A stretch of DNA of 64,000 bases. Source: an uncultured bacterium. GTDB taxonomy: Bacteria; Babelota; Babeliae; Babelales; Babelaceae. The stretch lies in assembly GCA_963722385.1 (NCBI GenBank), contig CAVRKK010000002.1, positions 992,001 to 1,056,000 of the forward strand, in the 5' to 3' direction. The position numbers were made by a program, and so were the translations under genes. This document shows, in pieces, positions 17,603 through 27,301 of the stretch (position 1 is the stretch's first letter; each line of letters opens with the position of its first letter). The notes beneath the pieces are model-generated. The model was not told the origin of the DNA and did no database searches. It saw only the letters and a program-made list of their open reading frames with translations.

Positions 17603-20600
17603 ATGCTTGAGTATATGAAGCTGACAGTATTAGTAGTATGTGCCTTGTTAGGGATGATACCTGCTTATGGGATGGAGGTAAGGCCTAAGGGTAATAAGTT
17701 TTTTGAGTATGTAAAAAAAGGTGATCTGGAAGCTTTAAGTGCTTTCCTCGGCTATAAAAGATCTGCTAAGAGCCTTGACCTAGGCGTAAGGGATGGTGCT
17801 GGTTGGCAGCCACTCCATTGTGCTGTAGAAAGTGGTAATATGCAGATAGTCCGACTTCTTATCAGATATGGTGCAGATGTAAATGCGCAAATAGAAGATA
17901 ACGAAGGAGAGCGACCATTACATTTGGCAGCTCGAGCTGGAAATGAAGAAATTATTTTAGACCTCGTAGCAGCAGGAGCTAGCCCAGATTTAGCCGATAA
18001 CAATGGAAGATTGCCTATTTACTATGCTGAGAATATATTAGCTTTATCTGTAGGTTCTTCAGGTAGCTCAGTAGGTTCGGTAAAGAACATTCGAGCAAAA
18101 ACCGCCGATAGACAAATAAAAAGAGAGATGGCAGGTAGGCTTTCTATTACGATAGAAGAGCACAATCAAAGGCTACTTGATGCCCTTTTGCGCGGTGACT
18201 TTGTAACTGCGCAACTACTTTATGAGCAAGCTGGTAATGTCAATTTTCAGGATGCTTTTGGTAATCAGCTCATACACCACGTAGTAAACCAAGGTTCGAT
18301 AACTGCCCTTGAATGGCTTCTTGTGTATGGGGCTGACATCAATGCACGGAATAGAGATGGAAACAGGCCGGTACGTATAGCAGCTCTTAAAGGGCATGCT
18401 CAGATTGTGCAATGGCTTATTAAGCAAGGAGCCAGCCTTAATGATCAAGATGAACAGAAGCCGAAAGCTAAAGAAAGGATAGACAGCCCGTCTTTTAGCG
18501 ATACCGTTTTACCAACAGTTTCAAAAGAGACAAATTTTGAAATATCGTTACGTCATTTGAAACGCTATTATATGATCCATGAGGTGCTTATCGATGCTGC
18601 CAAGCAAGGAAACATAAGACGAGCACAGAATGCTTTGGCGGCAGGTGCTCAGATTGATGCGAGAGATAATCATGGTCGCACTCCTATGCATCATGCTGCA
18701 CGAGAAGGGCATATTCATTTTATAAAATGGCTTATTAACCAGGGTGCTCAAGTAAATGATCGAGATAACATTGGACAAGAGCCAATACATGAGGCTGCCT
18801 ATGGAGGTTATGGAGTTCACTTAGAAATTGTCCAGCTGCTTGTTGAGCATGGCGCTCAAATTAGAGCTTGTGATGATTGGAAAAGAGAGCCTATTCACTT
18901 TGCTGCGGCTAAAGGATTTTTAGATATCATACAATGGTTGTTTGAGCACGGTGCTGATATTTGCGCACAGGATGGTCATAAAAATCAAGCGATACATTGG
19001 GCTGCTCATGCAGGCCAGCTTGAAGTTGTTAAATCGCTTATCTCTGGAGCTGCATCTAAACAACGCCAGTCGGGCACCATTGGCGCCGAAGCTGGCGAGC
19101 GCGTTATGGATAGCAATGCTCTTGAGCGTGAGCGCGGTAAGATTTATGATGAATATTCTGATGAATATCATAAGATTTATGATGAATATTCTGGTGAATA
19201 TTCTATTACTGGTGAATATTCTATTAAATATAAAGGTGGTGCCGATATTAATGCTCGAGGTGAAGATGATCGAACGCCTCTTCATGAAGCTGCATCTGAA
19301 GGTCATTTAAAATTGGTAGAATGGATTTTATATTATGGAGGTGGAGCCGACCTAAATGCCGAAGATAGCGAAGGTCGAACTCCCTTGCACTGTGCGGCTT
19401 CTAAGGGGCATCTAAGCATAATAGAGTTTCTTAGTAAGCGTGGTGCAGATCTGAGCAAGTCAGATAGCAATGGATTAATGCCTATACACTATGCTGTTAT
19501 TGGTGGGCACCTAGAAGTTGCTCAATGGATCTCAGGTCAGCCTACGACTAGAGCACCAGGCAGTAAAACTCATGTTGAGCGGGGTTTTAGAAGCTCGTGT
19601 CAAGAACTTATGACTTATGCTGCACAAGGAGGGCATTTAGATATTCTAAGATGGGTTAGTAGCGGAGCTGAATCGACTGATTGGGATGATTGTAGACATA
19701 TAGCTGCATCAAAGGGGCATTTGCATATTGTTAAATGGCTTATACTGATGGACAAAGGGTATAGTGATCGTGCTCTGCATTACGCTGCAGAAGGGGGACA
19801 TTTAGCTGTTCTTAAATGGCTTGCTGAATGGAAGTTTAAGTTAAACTTTAATGATGATCTTCTTGAAATAGAAGCTGCATTTGCTGGTGATTCAGTAAAT
19901 AGCTCTGGGCATAACGAGTTTAGTTCAGGGGCTCATTTTGGTTCTCCTTGTCCTTATCTACTAGGGGGGTATACCACTTCAGCTTCCCGCCTGGAGGCGT
20001 ATACCTTTCCACGTCCCACCATAACCGATGAGGTTAATCGTAGGGATCCTCAGGGGCGTACGCCTTTACATTTTTGGGTTAAACACAATGATTTACCTGG
20101 ATTAGAATGGTTAATCGAGCAGGGTGCTAATATTAACGCTCAGGATTATGATGGGTACGGAGTCTTACATAGAGCTGCTCAAGCAGGTAATTTAGAGGTT
20201 GTACAGTGGCTCGTAGAGCAAGGCGCTGATTTGACTGCTTTGACCAATGATTTGCTTAGCCCTGTAGACGTAGCCGAGACGGCAGGACATTTGAGTATTA
20301 GTCAATGGCTTAGTGAGAAAAAGAAAGAATTACATTTTCCACGTAGCAAAAGGTTATTGAGTAAAGCGGACCAACAAAGAGTAAATAAATATCTAGAAGA
20401 TGCTCTCGTAAAAAGGGACGTAAAGCTTGTTCAAAATGCTCTAGGTGCTGGGGCAAATGTTAAAAATTACGCCTTTTTGTTTGATGTGCTGCGTAAGACT
20501 CTATTTGGTTTAAATAAGGAAGGCTTAGGTGGAGTATCCTTTGGAGAAACAGACTTAGGGATTATTAAGTTGCTTATCGATAATGGTTTTGATATCAACG

Positions 20601-21037
20601 CGCAGGATGAATCTGGCGTTCAACTTATACATTTGGCTGTAAGAGGAGAAAGCTTGGAGATTGTTCAATGGCTTATTGAACATGGTGCTAAGCTTAATGC
20701 GCGCGATAAGATGGGAAAAGAACCCATACATTACGCAGCAGAGAGTGAAAATTTAGAAGCTGTTCAATGGCTTGTTGGGCGTGGCGTCAATAGCAATGCT
20801 CAAGATAATAATGGACAAACGCCGCTCCATTATGCAGCAAAAGTAGGATGCTTACTTACTGTTCAATATTTGGTTGAGAGAGGAGCTGATGTTAATGCTC
20901 AAGATAGAGCCGGAAACACTCCTTTAGTTCTCGCAAGCCTTGGACAGCACTCTAAGATTGTTCAATGCTATAAATGGTGCAAAAGGGAAGATGGGAAACC
21001 CAAAACTCATCTGATAGAGCCGGAAACACTCCTTTAG
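17603..21037 (+). CDS. Large exported ankyrin-repeat protein
   Basis: Signal peptide then MEV; many GxTPLHxAAxxGHLxxVxWLxxxGADxN repeats. Confidence 0.9.
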   Translation: MLEYMKLTVLVVCALLGMIPAYGMEVRPKGNKFFEYVKKGDLEALSAFLGYKRSAKSLDLGVRDGAGWQPLHCAVESGNMQIVRLLIRYGADVNAQIEDNEGERPLHLAARAGNEEIILDLVAAGASPDLADNNGRLPIYYAENILALSVGSSGSSVGSVKNIRAKTADRQIKREMAGRLSITIEEHNQRLLDALLRGDFVTAQLLYEQAGNVNFQDAFGNQLIHHVVNQGSITALEWLLVYGADINARNRDGNRPVRIAALKGHAQIVQWLIKQGASLNDQDEQKPKAKERIDSPSFSDTVLPTVSKETNFEISLRHLKRYYMIHEVLIDAAKQGNIRRAQNALAAGAQIDARDNHGRTPMHHAAREGHIHFIKWLINQGAQVNDRDNIGQEPIHEAAYGGYGVHLEIVQLLVEHGAQIRACDDWKREPIHFAAAKGFLDIIQWLFEHGADICAQDGHKNQAIHWAAHAGQLEVVKSLISGAASKQRQSGTIGAEAGERVMDSNALERERGKIYDEYSDEYHKIYDEYSGEYSITGEYSIKYKGGADINARGEDDRTPLHEAASEGHLKLVEWILYYGGGADLNAEDSEGRTPLHCAASKGHLSIIEFLSKRGADLSKSDSNGLMPIHYAVIGGHLEVAQWISGQPTTRAPGSKTHVERGFRSSCQELMTYAAQGGHLDILRWVSSGAESTDWDDCRHIAASKGHLHIVKWLILMDKGYSDRALHYAAEGGHLAVLKWLAEWKFKLNFNDDLLEIEAAFAGDSVNSSGHNEFSSGAHFGSPCPYLLGGYTTSASRLEAYTFPRPTITDEVNRRDPQGRTPLHFWVKHNDLPGLEWLIEQGANINAQDYDGYGVLHRAAQAGNLEVVQWLVEQGADLTALTNDLLSPVDVAETAGHLSISQWLSEKKKELHFPRSKRLLSKADQQRVNKYLEDALVKRDVKLVQNALGAGANVKNYAFLFDVLRKTLFGLNKEGLGGVSFGETDLGIIKLLIDNGFDINAQDESGVQLIHLAVRGESLEIVQWLIEHGAKLNARDKMGKEPIHYAAESENLEAVQWLVGRGVNSNAQDNNGQTPLHYAAKVGCLLTVQYLVERGADVNAQDRAGNTPLVLASLGQHSKIVQCYKWCKREDGKPKTHLIEPETLL

Positions 21038-21077
21038 TCTCCTGAAGCCTTGGACAGCACTCTAAGATTGTTCAATG
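20903..21077 (+). repeat. 65-bp direct repeat (20903-20967 / 21013-21077) at the end of the ankyrin gene
   Basis: GATAGAGCCGGAAACACTCCTTTAGT...GGACAGCACTCTAAGATTGTTCAATG occurs twice; differences are confined to one 6-nt patch. Confidence 0.9.
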
Positions 21078-21105
21078 GTTAATTGGGCGTGGTGCTAAAA
21101 TCGCG

Positions 21106-21300
21106 CTAGACTTTGCGCTTATTTTTTGAAATAATTGAGTTTCTTATGAGGAAAAAAACTACGCAATCACCGATTGTTGATCCGTTTAATTGAGCAGACG
21201 AAGCATAACTTGTACCTGTCAGCCGGCATAGTGCTCGCACCTGAGTAGCACATAAAAACAAGATGCCTAATAAAAAATACTTAAAATAATAAGCGGACAT
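21106..21300 (-). CDS. Short signal-peptide ORF, possibly a truncated beta-propeller family relic
   Basis: Hydrophobic leader; TSYA and GSTIGDCVVF resemble the propeller TYA..GSTQPDSIAF. Confidence 0.3.
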   Translation of the reverse strand: MSAYYFKYFLLGILFLCATQVRALCRLTGTSYASSAQLNGSTIGDCVVFFLIRNSIISKNKRKV

Positions 21301-21621
21301 AACCTACCCCCTATGCAATCTTCTTTGAAATGACTTTTATTTTAGAAAATATTTTATTCATAGTCGAACTAAAGAAAGGCAGGCCTAGAGAGACTTTTAG
21401 TATAAAAATTTTAAAACATCTTCCTCTACTCCTTATATTAATAATTTTTTTAGAATAAAGTCAAAAAATTTAAAACTTGCTGATACGTTCGTTAGCTTCA
21501 CGATAAATTTGTAAAAAATATAAAAATTATTAATACATTTCACTATTTTTACTGCTGGAAGTGGCGTGCTATTTACGGTACTATAGGAGATTATTATACA
21601 TTGCTGCGAAGGTTTACCAAT

Positions 21622-22911
21622 ATGACTAACGAATACGTTATTATTGAGCAATCTCCTGCTTTACAAGGAGCTGTCGAAGTTGTGGGTGCTAAAAATGCTG
21701 TGTTAGTCATTATGGCATCGCTTATCTTGGCTGCGGGCAAGTCGCGGTTGAGCAACGTGCCTGCTTCAACAGATGTTGGCCATATGCAAGAGCTTTTATC
21801 AAGCCTAGGAGCCTCGATTACTTTTGATGCAAATACCGGAGTTATGGAGGTAGATACGAGTAATCTTCGGTCGGTGCGAGTTAGCCATGAAAGTATGAAA
21901 AAGATGCGGGCATCTATTTTGGTGATGGGACCGCTCTTGGCGCGTTTTGGGCTGGCCGAGGTCGCCTTGCCTGGTGGCTGTGTTTTGGGTGCACGCCCTA
22001 TAGATTTTCATCTAAAAGGGTTTATCGCTATGGGAGCTGATATAGAGACGCACGGTGAATTTGTTAACGCACGCGCGTGTGGTTTGCGTTCAAAACGTAT
22101 CATTCTTGAGTACCCCAGTGTCGGGGGTACGGAAAACATTCTGATGGCAGCAACCCTTTCTCAGGGAATTACCCATATCGTGAATGCCGCGCTTGAGCCA
22201 GAAGTTATAGACTTGATCGCGGTATTGAAAAAGATGGGAGCTCTTATTGAGATTGTGCCACCGGCGACGATAGAAATTGAAGGCGTGCGGCATTTGCGCC
22301 CGCTCGAAAATCATGTCATTATGGCTGATCGCCTTGAAGCAGGTTCGCTCTTGGTGGCAGCAGCAATGACGGGTGGAACTATAGAAGTGCGGCATGCACC
22401 CGCCTTCGCTATGGAAGTTTTTTTGGATAAGCTTGCCGAAATGGGTCACCGCATAGAAGTTGGACATGATGGGGTGGGTGTTTCGCTCGTCGCAACAAAA
22501 AATCCACGTTGCGTTTCGCTTAAAACGATGCCCTACCCAGGATTCCCAACGGATTTGCAGGCTCCTATGATGGCGGCACAATGCCTTGCTTCAGGGGTAA
22601 GTGTTATTCATGAAACGGTATACGAAAACCGCTTAGTGCATGTGCGGGAACTGCAGAAGATGGGTGCGCACATTTCTCTTGATGGGAACGTGGCGACGAT
22701 TAAGGGAAGTGACGCGCTTTATGGCTCTCATGTCATAGCACCTGATATACGAGCTTCCGCCGCACTGGTAGCGGCAGGGCTTGTAGCGCAAGGCCAGACA
22801 ATAATGACGGGCGTGCATCACTTGCGCAGAGGTTATCAGGACTTTGACCGCAAACTGTCGCAGCTTGGTGCTCGTATTCAGATTCGTCAGCACGACTTGG
22901 CTAGCTTATAA
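21622..22911 (+). CDS. murA: UDP-N-acetylglucosamine 1-carboxyvinyltransferase
   Basis: GAKNA, MRASILVMGPLL, LPGGCVLGARPID, YPGFPTDLQ, DIRA. Confidence 0.97.
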   Translation: MTNEYVIIEQSPALQGAVEVVGAKNAVLVIMASLILAAGKSRLSNVPASTDVGHMQELLSSLGASITFDANTGVMEVDTSNLRSVRVSHESMKKMRASILVMGPLLARFGLAEVALPGGCVLGARPIDFHLKGFIAMGADIETHGEFVNARACGLRSKRIILEYPSVGGTENILMAATLSQGITHIVNAALEPEVIDLIAVLKKMGALIEIVPPATIEIEGVRHLRPLENHVIMADRLEAGSLLVAAAMTGGTIEVRHAPAFAMEVFLDKLAEMGHRIEVGHDGVGVSLVATKNPRCVSLKTMPYPGFPTDLQAPMMAAQCLASGVSVIHETVYENRLVHVRELQKMGAHISLDGNVATIKGSDALYGSHVIAPDIRASAALVAAGLVAQGQTIMTGVHHLRRGYQDFDRKLSQLGARIQIRQHDLASL

Positions 22912-23737
22912 ACCCGCCGATAAGATCCGTCAGTTCACGAGTGATAATAGTCTGACGAACTTTGTTATAATTAAGGCGCATAGTAGTAATCATGTCGTCA
23001 GCGTTACGTGTCGCGGAGTCCATTGACAGGAAGCGAGAAGAGGCTTCAGCAAGCAAAGAATCAGTGAGAATGGAAGCGATTCGCGCGCGGAGTACCAGAG
23101 TGCCTATTGCGTGTATTGTTTCTTGGTATGATTGCTCGCGCAAAGCGCTGTTAAGCATATCAGGAGAGGAGCAAGCCGCAAACATATCGCGGGTTAGCAT
23201 AATGCGCTCATGGGTATGTATAAAAAATGTTTTAGGCCGTGTCGTATAGATAACGATGGCATCATAGAGGCCAGAAAGGACGAAAGAAACAAGCTCATCG
23301 GTCAGTGAGGTGATTTCATGAGCGCTAAAGCGGTCATATGATAAGGTAGGACCGATTTCTTGGTAGAGCAGGGTCTCCTTCATCTGCTTGCCAATAACGA
23401 GAACATCGTATTCAATAGACAGAGGTGGTTTATGGTTTTTGAAATAGTAGGCAAGGCTCGTATTAAAATTGCCACATAAGCCTTTTTGTGATCCAACGAT
23501 AACAAGGAGTTCTTGACGGTTGCCTGTTGGCTCGCTTTCTTGGCACGCCTCGGGGTGCTGGCTTGGTATAAGGGCCGTAAGAATGCGATTGACTTCGGCC
23601 GTATACTGGTCTAAGGCGGCTTTGGTAGCTTGAAGGCGCCCATGTGATGCTTTGGCGATAAGCCTCATGGCATTGGTAGTTTTTTGGATTGCTTGTGTTG
23701 CTTTAATTCGCTGACGCAATTGCGTGAGAAGGGACAT
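22901..23737 (-). CDS. atpG: F0F1 ATP synthase gamma subunit
   Basis: RQRIKATQAIQKTTNAMRLIA, KGLCGNFN, SRFLSMDSATRNA, YNKVRQTIITREL. Confidence 0.92.
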   Translation of the reverse strand: MSLLTQLRQRIKATQAIQKTTNAMRLIAKASHGRLQATKAALDQYTAEVNRILTALIPSQHPEACQESEPTGNRQELLVIVGSQKGLCGNFNTSLAYYFKNHKPPLSIEYDVLVIGKQMKETLLYQEIGPTLSYDRFSAHEITSLTDELVSFVLSGLYDAIVIYTTRPKTFFIHTHERIMLTRDMFAACSSPDMLNSALREQSYQETIHAIGTLVLRARIASILTDSLLAEASSRFLSMDSATRNADDMITTMRLNYNKVRQTIITRELTDLIGGFIS

Positions 23738-23834
23738 GCGTAAAACCCTAATAAAAACTTTGATAAATATGCTACTCATTAATAATGTACGATGACTGTC
23801 GGTAGTTTGCAAGGGCTATAACAACAAAACGCGC

Positions 23835-24422
23835 ATGGTTATACTTATAGATGCTTACAATATGCTTAAGCAACTGCTTAAGGGCGATTATATAGACGAG
23901 AGCCAACAGAAAAAGTACCTTGAACGCCTGTCTACCTATGCTCAGGCAAAAGGGCATACGCTTATTGTCGTATTTGACGGTGGTTCGAGTAAGTGGCCAA
24001 ATAAAACGATTCAGGGGCCGCTTGAGATTATTTATTCGGGTTGGCAAATAAGTGCTGATGAGGTTATTAAGCAGCGCATACCGTTATTGCTTCCCGATAA
24101 TGCCGTGCTCGTGACCTCTGATCGCGCGTTGCGCGATTATGCAAGCCAAGCCCATATAATTTCTATTGAACCCCTCACGTTTAGTTATTATAGTAGAATA
24201 AGATCCGCTGCTCGGCTCTCTCTTATAAAAGACGCAAGCGAGCCCCATAAGCTTGTCGGGCATCAAAGCAGCCGCGAAGTTGATGAGCTCATGAAAAGCG
24301 CGAGCAGCATTATGCTGCAGAAAGATACTACGCAGCACGAAGATGGCCATCCAAAAAAACAAGGGGCACATAAGCTTTCCAAGCAAGAAAGAAAACTTGC
24401 CCGCATTATGAGTAAATTATGA
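23835..24422 (+). CDS. YacP-like NYN-domain protein
   Basis: LIDAYN, VVFDG, SADEVI, VTSDR. Confidence 0.8.
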   Translation: MVILIDAYNMLKQLLKGDYIDESQQKKYLERLSTYAQAKGHTLIVVFDGGSSKWPNKTIQGPLEIIYSGWQISADEVIKQRIPLLLPDNAVLVTSDRALRDYASQAHIISIEPLTFSYYSRIRSAARLSLIKDASEPHKLVGHQSSREVDELMKSASSIMLQKDTTQHEDGHPKKQGAHKLSKQERKLARIMSKL

Positions 24423-24847
24423 TTCATGAATTGGTTTATACCCTCGACACGATTGATAGCGTTGCTGAAGATATCTATGCGTTTTTGCCTATAGTATCAG
24501 TCCTTACGTTTACCGGCGACTTGGGAGCCGGCAAGACGACGCTTATTCAAGCACTTTTGCGAAAGTGTGGTATTTTTGATATCGTTCAAAGCCCAACATT
24601 TACGTACCTCACAACCTACACAAATGCTCAAGGCCAGACATTTTATCATTTTGATCTCTACCGCATAAAGTCGCTGCAGCATTTTCATCAGGCCGGCTTT
24701 GAAGAATATTTGTATCAGCCCTTAAGCTGGGCGCTCATCGAGTGGCCTGAGGTTATCATGCCCCTGGTGACCAAACAAGCCTGTCACTTCAGCATCGAAT
24801 ATTATGGCCAAGATCGTCGGCGCTTACGGTACGCCATTTGTAAATAA
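24419..24847 (+). CDS. tsaE: t6A biosynthesis ATPase TsaE
   Basis: GDLGAGKTT, VQSPTF, HFDLYR, IEWP. Confidence 0.95.
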   Translation: MIHELVYTLDTIDSVAEDIYAFLPIVSVLTFTGDLGAGKTTLIQALLRKCGIFDIVQSPTFTYLTTYTNAQGQTFYHFDLYRIKSLQHFHQAGFEEYLYQPLSWALIEWPEVIMPLVTKQACHFSIEYYGQDRRRLRYAICK

Positions 24848-24933
24848 TTATATTAAATATTGCTATTGGTATTTAATAATTGCTATTCTTAGGGTAATGT
24901 AATTTTATGAGCATTACTTACCTAAGGAGTAGT

Positions 24934-25425
24934 ATGAATACGTATAAACTGATTTTGGGCATTGCATTTTTGGCCTTTAGTAGCGTACACGCTGAGGAGT
25001 TAGGAATGGACACGCCTATTGTAACTTCCAGTGCGCTGCCATGCACAGGTAAACCTATTGGTTCTCTATGCATGATTAAAAAGTTCTCCGCGGGCCGGGT
25101 AACGAAAATAAAAGGAAAATGTATTGCGGGGGTTTGTCAGCCGATAAGTTTTGCCGTAACGATTAAAAATGGGACCAGCCCGCAAGCGCCATGGCATATT
25201 ATATGCGTGGTACCTGAAACAAAGAAGCGGGTGTTTGTTGAGGCCGGTGAGACAGAGTGGTTGAATGTTGGCCAGGGCAATGAAGTTGTTTGTACACCCT
25301 GTAGTTCTTTTGGCCGCTGCAGTTCTCAACAAGAGCTCAGGATCATTCCTGCCGCTGCGCGTGGTTTTGAGTGGGACGGCAGCAAATGGATTGATTTTAA
25401 GCCAAAGGTTATCAATTGGCGGTAG
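24934..25425 (+). CDS. Exported Cys-rich hypothetical protein
   Basis: SD AGGAG; signal peptide ending VHA; 8 Cys residues. Confidence 0.6.
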   Translation: MNTYKLILGIAFLAFSSVHAEELGMDTPIVTSSALPCTGKPIGSLCMIKKFSAGRVTKIKGKCIAGVCQPISFAVTIKNGTSPQAPWHIICVVPETKKRVFVEAGETEWLNVGQGNEVVCTPCSSFGRCSSQQELRIIPAAARGFEWDGSKWIDFKPKVINWR

Positions 25426-25432
25426 CGCTGAT

Positions 25433-25993
25433 TTAAGTTCGGGTATTATCGATTAAGCTGATATCTATCGGTATTTTATCAATGAGCTGGGCAACCTCAT
25501 TCGCCTGAACGAGGGCTTGTGCGTTTTGCCATAACCATGCTCGTTGGCCATTGGATGCTTCGTAAAACATTTGGAGCGCAATTGGAAAGCCGATGGTGAA
25601 TCCGAAGGTGCCTATACTGAGTAAGAGCGTGCTGCCGACATAGGTAATACGAGGTGAATTATACTCGACGATATGACCTCGTAATCGAGGCAGTTGCTTT
25701 TGGGCAAGATAGAGACCTAAGCCGGTCGCAAGTAAGCCAAGCGTTATACAATAAATTGCTGGCGGTTCTTCGATGCGGTTCCTGATTTTGTCAATAAACT
25801 CTTGTGCGATATCTTGCAGCGCAGATTTTTCAGCAAGAGTTAACGAATCCGGAAGCATATTGTATACTTTTTCGACATCTTGCGCGGCAATGGCGCTTTT
25901 AATGATGTCTAAAAAAGAACATGGTGTGCCCAATAGCCATGTTGGTAAAAGAGCAGTAATTATGAGTAATCGATAGAAGCCACTTTTCACCAT
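25433..25993 (-). CDS. Hypothetical membrane protein
   Basis: Signal-like N-terminus and two hydrophobic helices. Confidence 0.55.
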   Translation of the reverse strand: MVKSGFYRLLIITALLPTWLLGTPCSFLDIIKSAIAAQDVEKVYNMLPDSLTLAEKSALQDIAQEFIDKIRNRIEEPPAIYCITLGLLATGLGLYLAQKQLPRLRGHIVEYNSPRITYVGSTLLLSIGTFGFTIGFPIALQMFYEASNGQRAWLWQNAQALVQANEVAQLIDKIPIDISLIDNTRT

Positions 25994-26162
25994 GCCACTG
26001 AATCCTTTGATTTCTTTCTAGTATGGTAAAAGGAGCGAGGAGTTGTCAATTGGAACGCTTATAAAATGTATAATATTTATGGCTTAAGGGAGCTTATTGC
26101 ATTGACTTGATTGATTTATATATTGATATATCATATATTAATATATATATTTGGTAACTTAT

Positions 26163-26455
26163 ATGATTCAATTGTTTTCTAATAAGGGTACTCGGGATAT
26201 CTTCGAAGGAGCTAACTCAAAGTACGCGAGAAAAAAACTTGATTCTGCTCTGCATGCGATTGCTCATCGCAAGTTAGATATGCTTAATGCTGCTTGTACT
26301 TTGCAAGATCTTGAGGTGCCACCATCAATCGCCTTGAGGCTCTGAAGGGTAATATGGTAGGGAAGTATAGTATCCGCATTAACGACCAATATAGAATTGT
26401 ATTTTATTGGAATAAGCATGGACCTGAAAAAGTTGAAATTATGGATTACCATTAA
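26163..26455 (+). pseudogene. higB: HigB/RelE-family toxin with a 1-nt frameshift
   Basis: ...DLEVPPS continues in another frame as [28 protein letters not shown]...IMDYH*; one A is missing at TCAAT (~26327). Confidence 0.85.
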
Positions 26456-26469
26456 TATTAAGGTAAAAT

Positions 26470-26802
26470 ATGCTTCCTAAGAACCGTAGACCTGTGCATC
26501 CTGGAGAAATTTTGTTAGTCGAGTTTCTTCGGCCATTGGGTTTATCCCAGGAGCAATTTGCAAAGCATTTAGGTAAAACATGGACGCAGCCTAAAGTTAG
26601 CGAAGTCGTTACCGGTAAAAGGCGTATTACCGAGGCTATAGCGCTTGATTTTGCTGATGCATTTGGTACGTCGCCAGAGTTTTGGATGAATCTTCAGTAT
26701 CATTATGATCTTTGGTTTGCGCTGCAAAAGCGAAAGCCAGTTTCTTTGCTTCCGGAGCTCAAGAAAATCGATCACTCTTTTTTTAAAAAGCGTGAGGCTT
26801 AA
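26470..26802 (+). CDS. higA: HigA antitoxin (HTH)
   Basis: PVHPGEILLVEFLRPLGLSQ, FGTSPEFWMNLQ. Confidence 0.9.
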   Translation: MLPKNRRPVHPGEILLVEFLRPLGLSQEQFAKHLGKTWTQPKVSEVVTGKRRITEAIALDFADAFGTSPEFWMNLQYHYDLWFALQKRKPVSLLPELKKIDHSFFKKREA

Positions 26803-26873
26803 TAATAAGCCATTGTTCCGTGTAAGTATTTGATAAAGTTATGCTCACTTACAGCGTGAAGAATAAAAGCGTT

Positions 26874-27248
26874 TTACGGTGATTTTTGTGGTAGATCAGA
26901 CGTGTTGCGAACGTCATTCGCTATGTCGAAAAGTTTTGAGATAACGAGCAGCACACTTGTTCCAGCAGCGGCGGTTACAATGCCATGGGAGCGAACGAAA
27001 ACAAGGTAAAGTGTGGATATAAGGGCAGCTTGTGCTAACCGTCGAGCAGCGTAAAAACTTTTTTCTAACAGATTATCAAGTATGCAAGATGTTGGTTGTC
27101 CTACTATTTTTTCTTCAGATATTGGTTTTTGATAGGTCTGGGTTTGATCTTGGCTAAAACATTGCCAAGAAGATATAAGCGTGGTAATTACGATGAGGGG
27201 ATAGGTAATATTAATGGCCATGGTTAGTATTATCGTATTTTTGATCAT
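26874..27248 (-). CDS. Hypothetical membrane protein
   Basis: ORF with a hydrophobic leader and a bilobed C-terminal hydrophobic region; start uncertain. Confidence 0.4.
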   Translation of the reverse strand: MIKNTIILTMAINITYPLIVITTLISSWQCFSQDQTQTYQKPISEEKIVGQPTSCILDNLLEKSFYAARRLAQAALISTLYLVFVRSHGIVTAAAGTSVLLVISKLFDIANDVRNTSDLPQKSP

Positions 27249-27301
27249 GCTATGATAAAAAATGAATGCCGTCAAGGAGCTCGAGTTTTAGGCTGGCTTG
27301 T

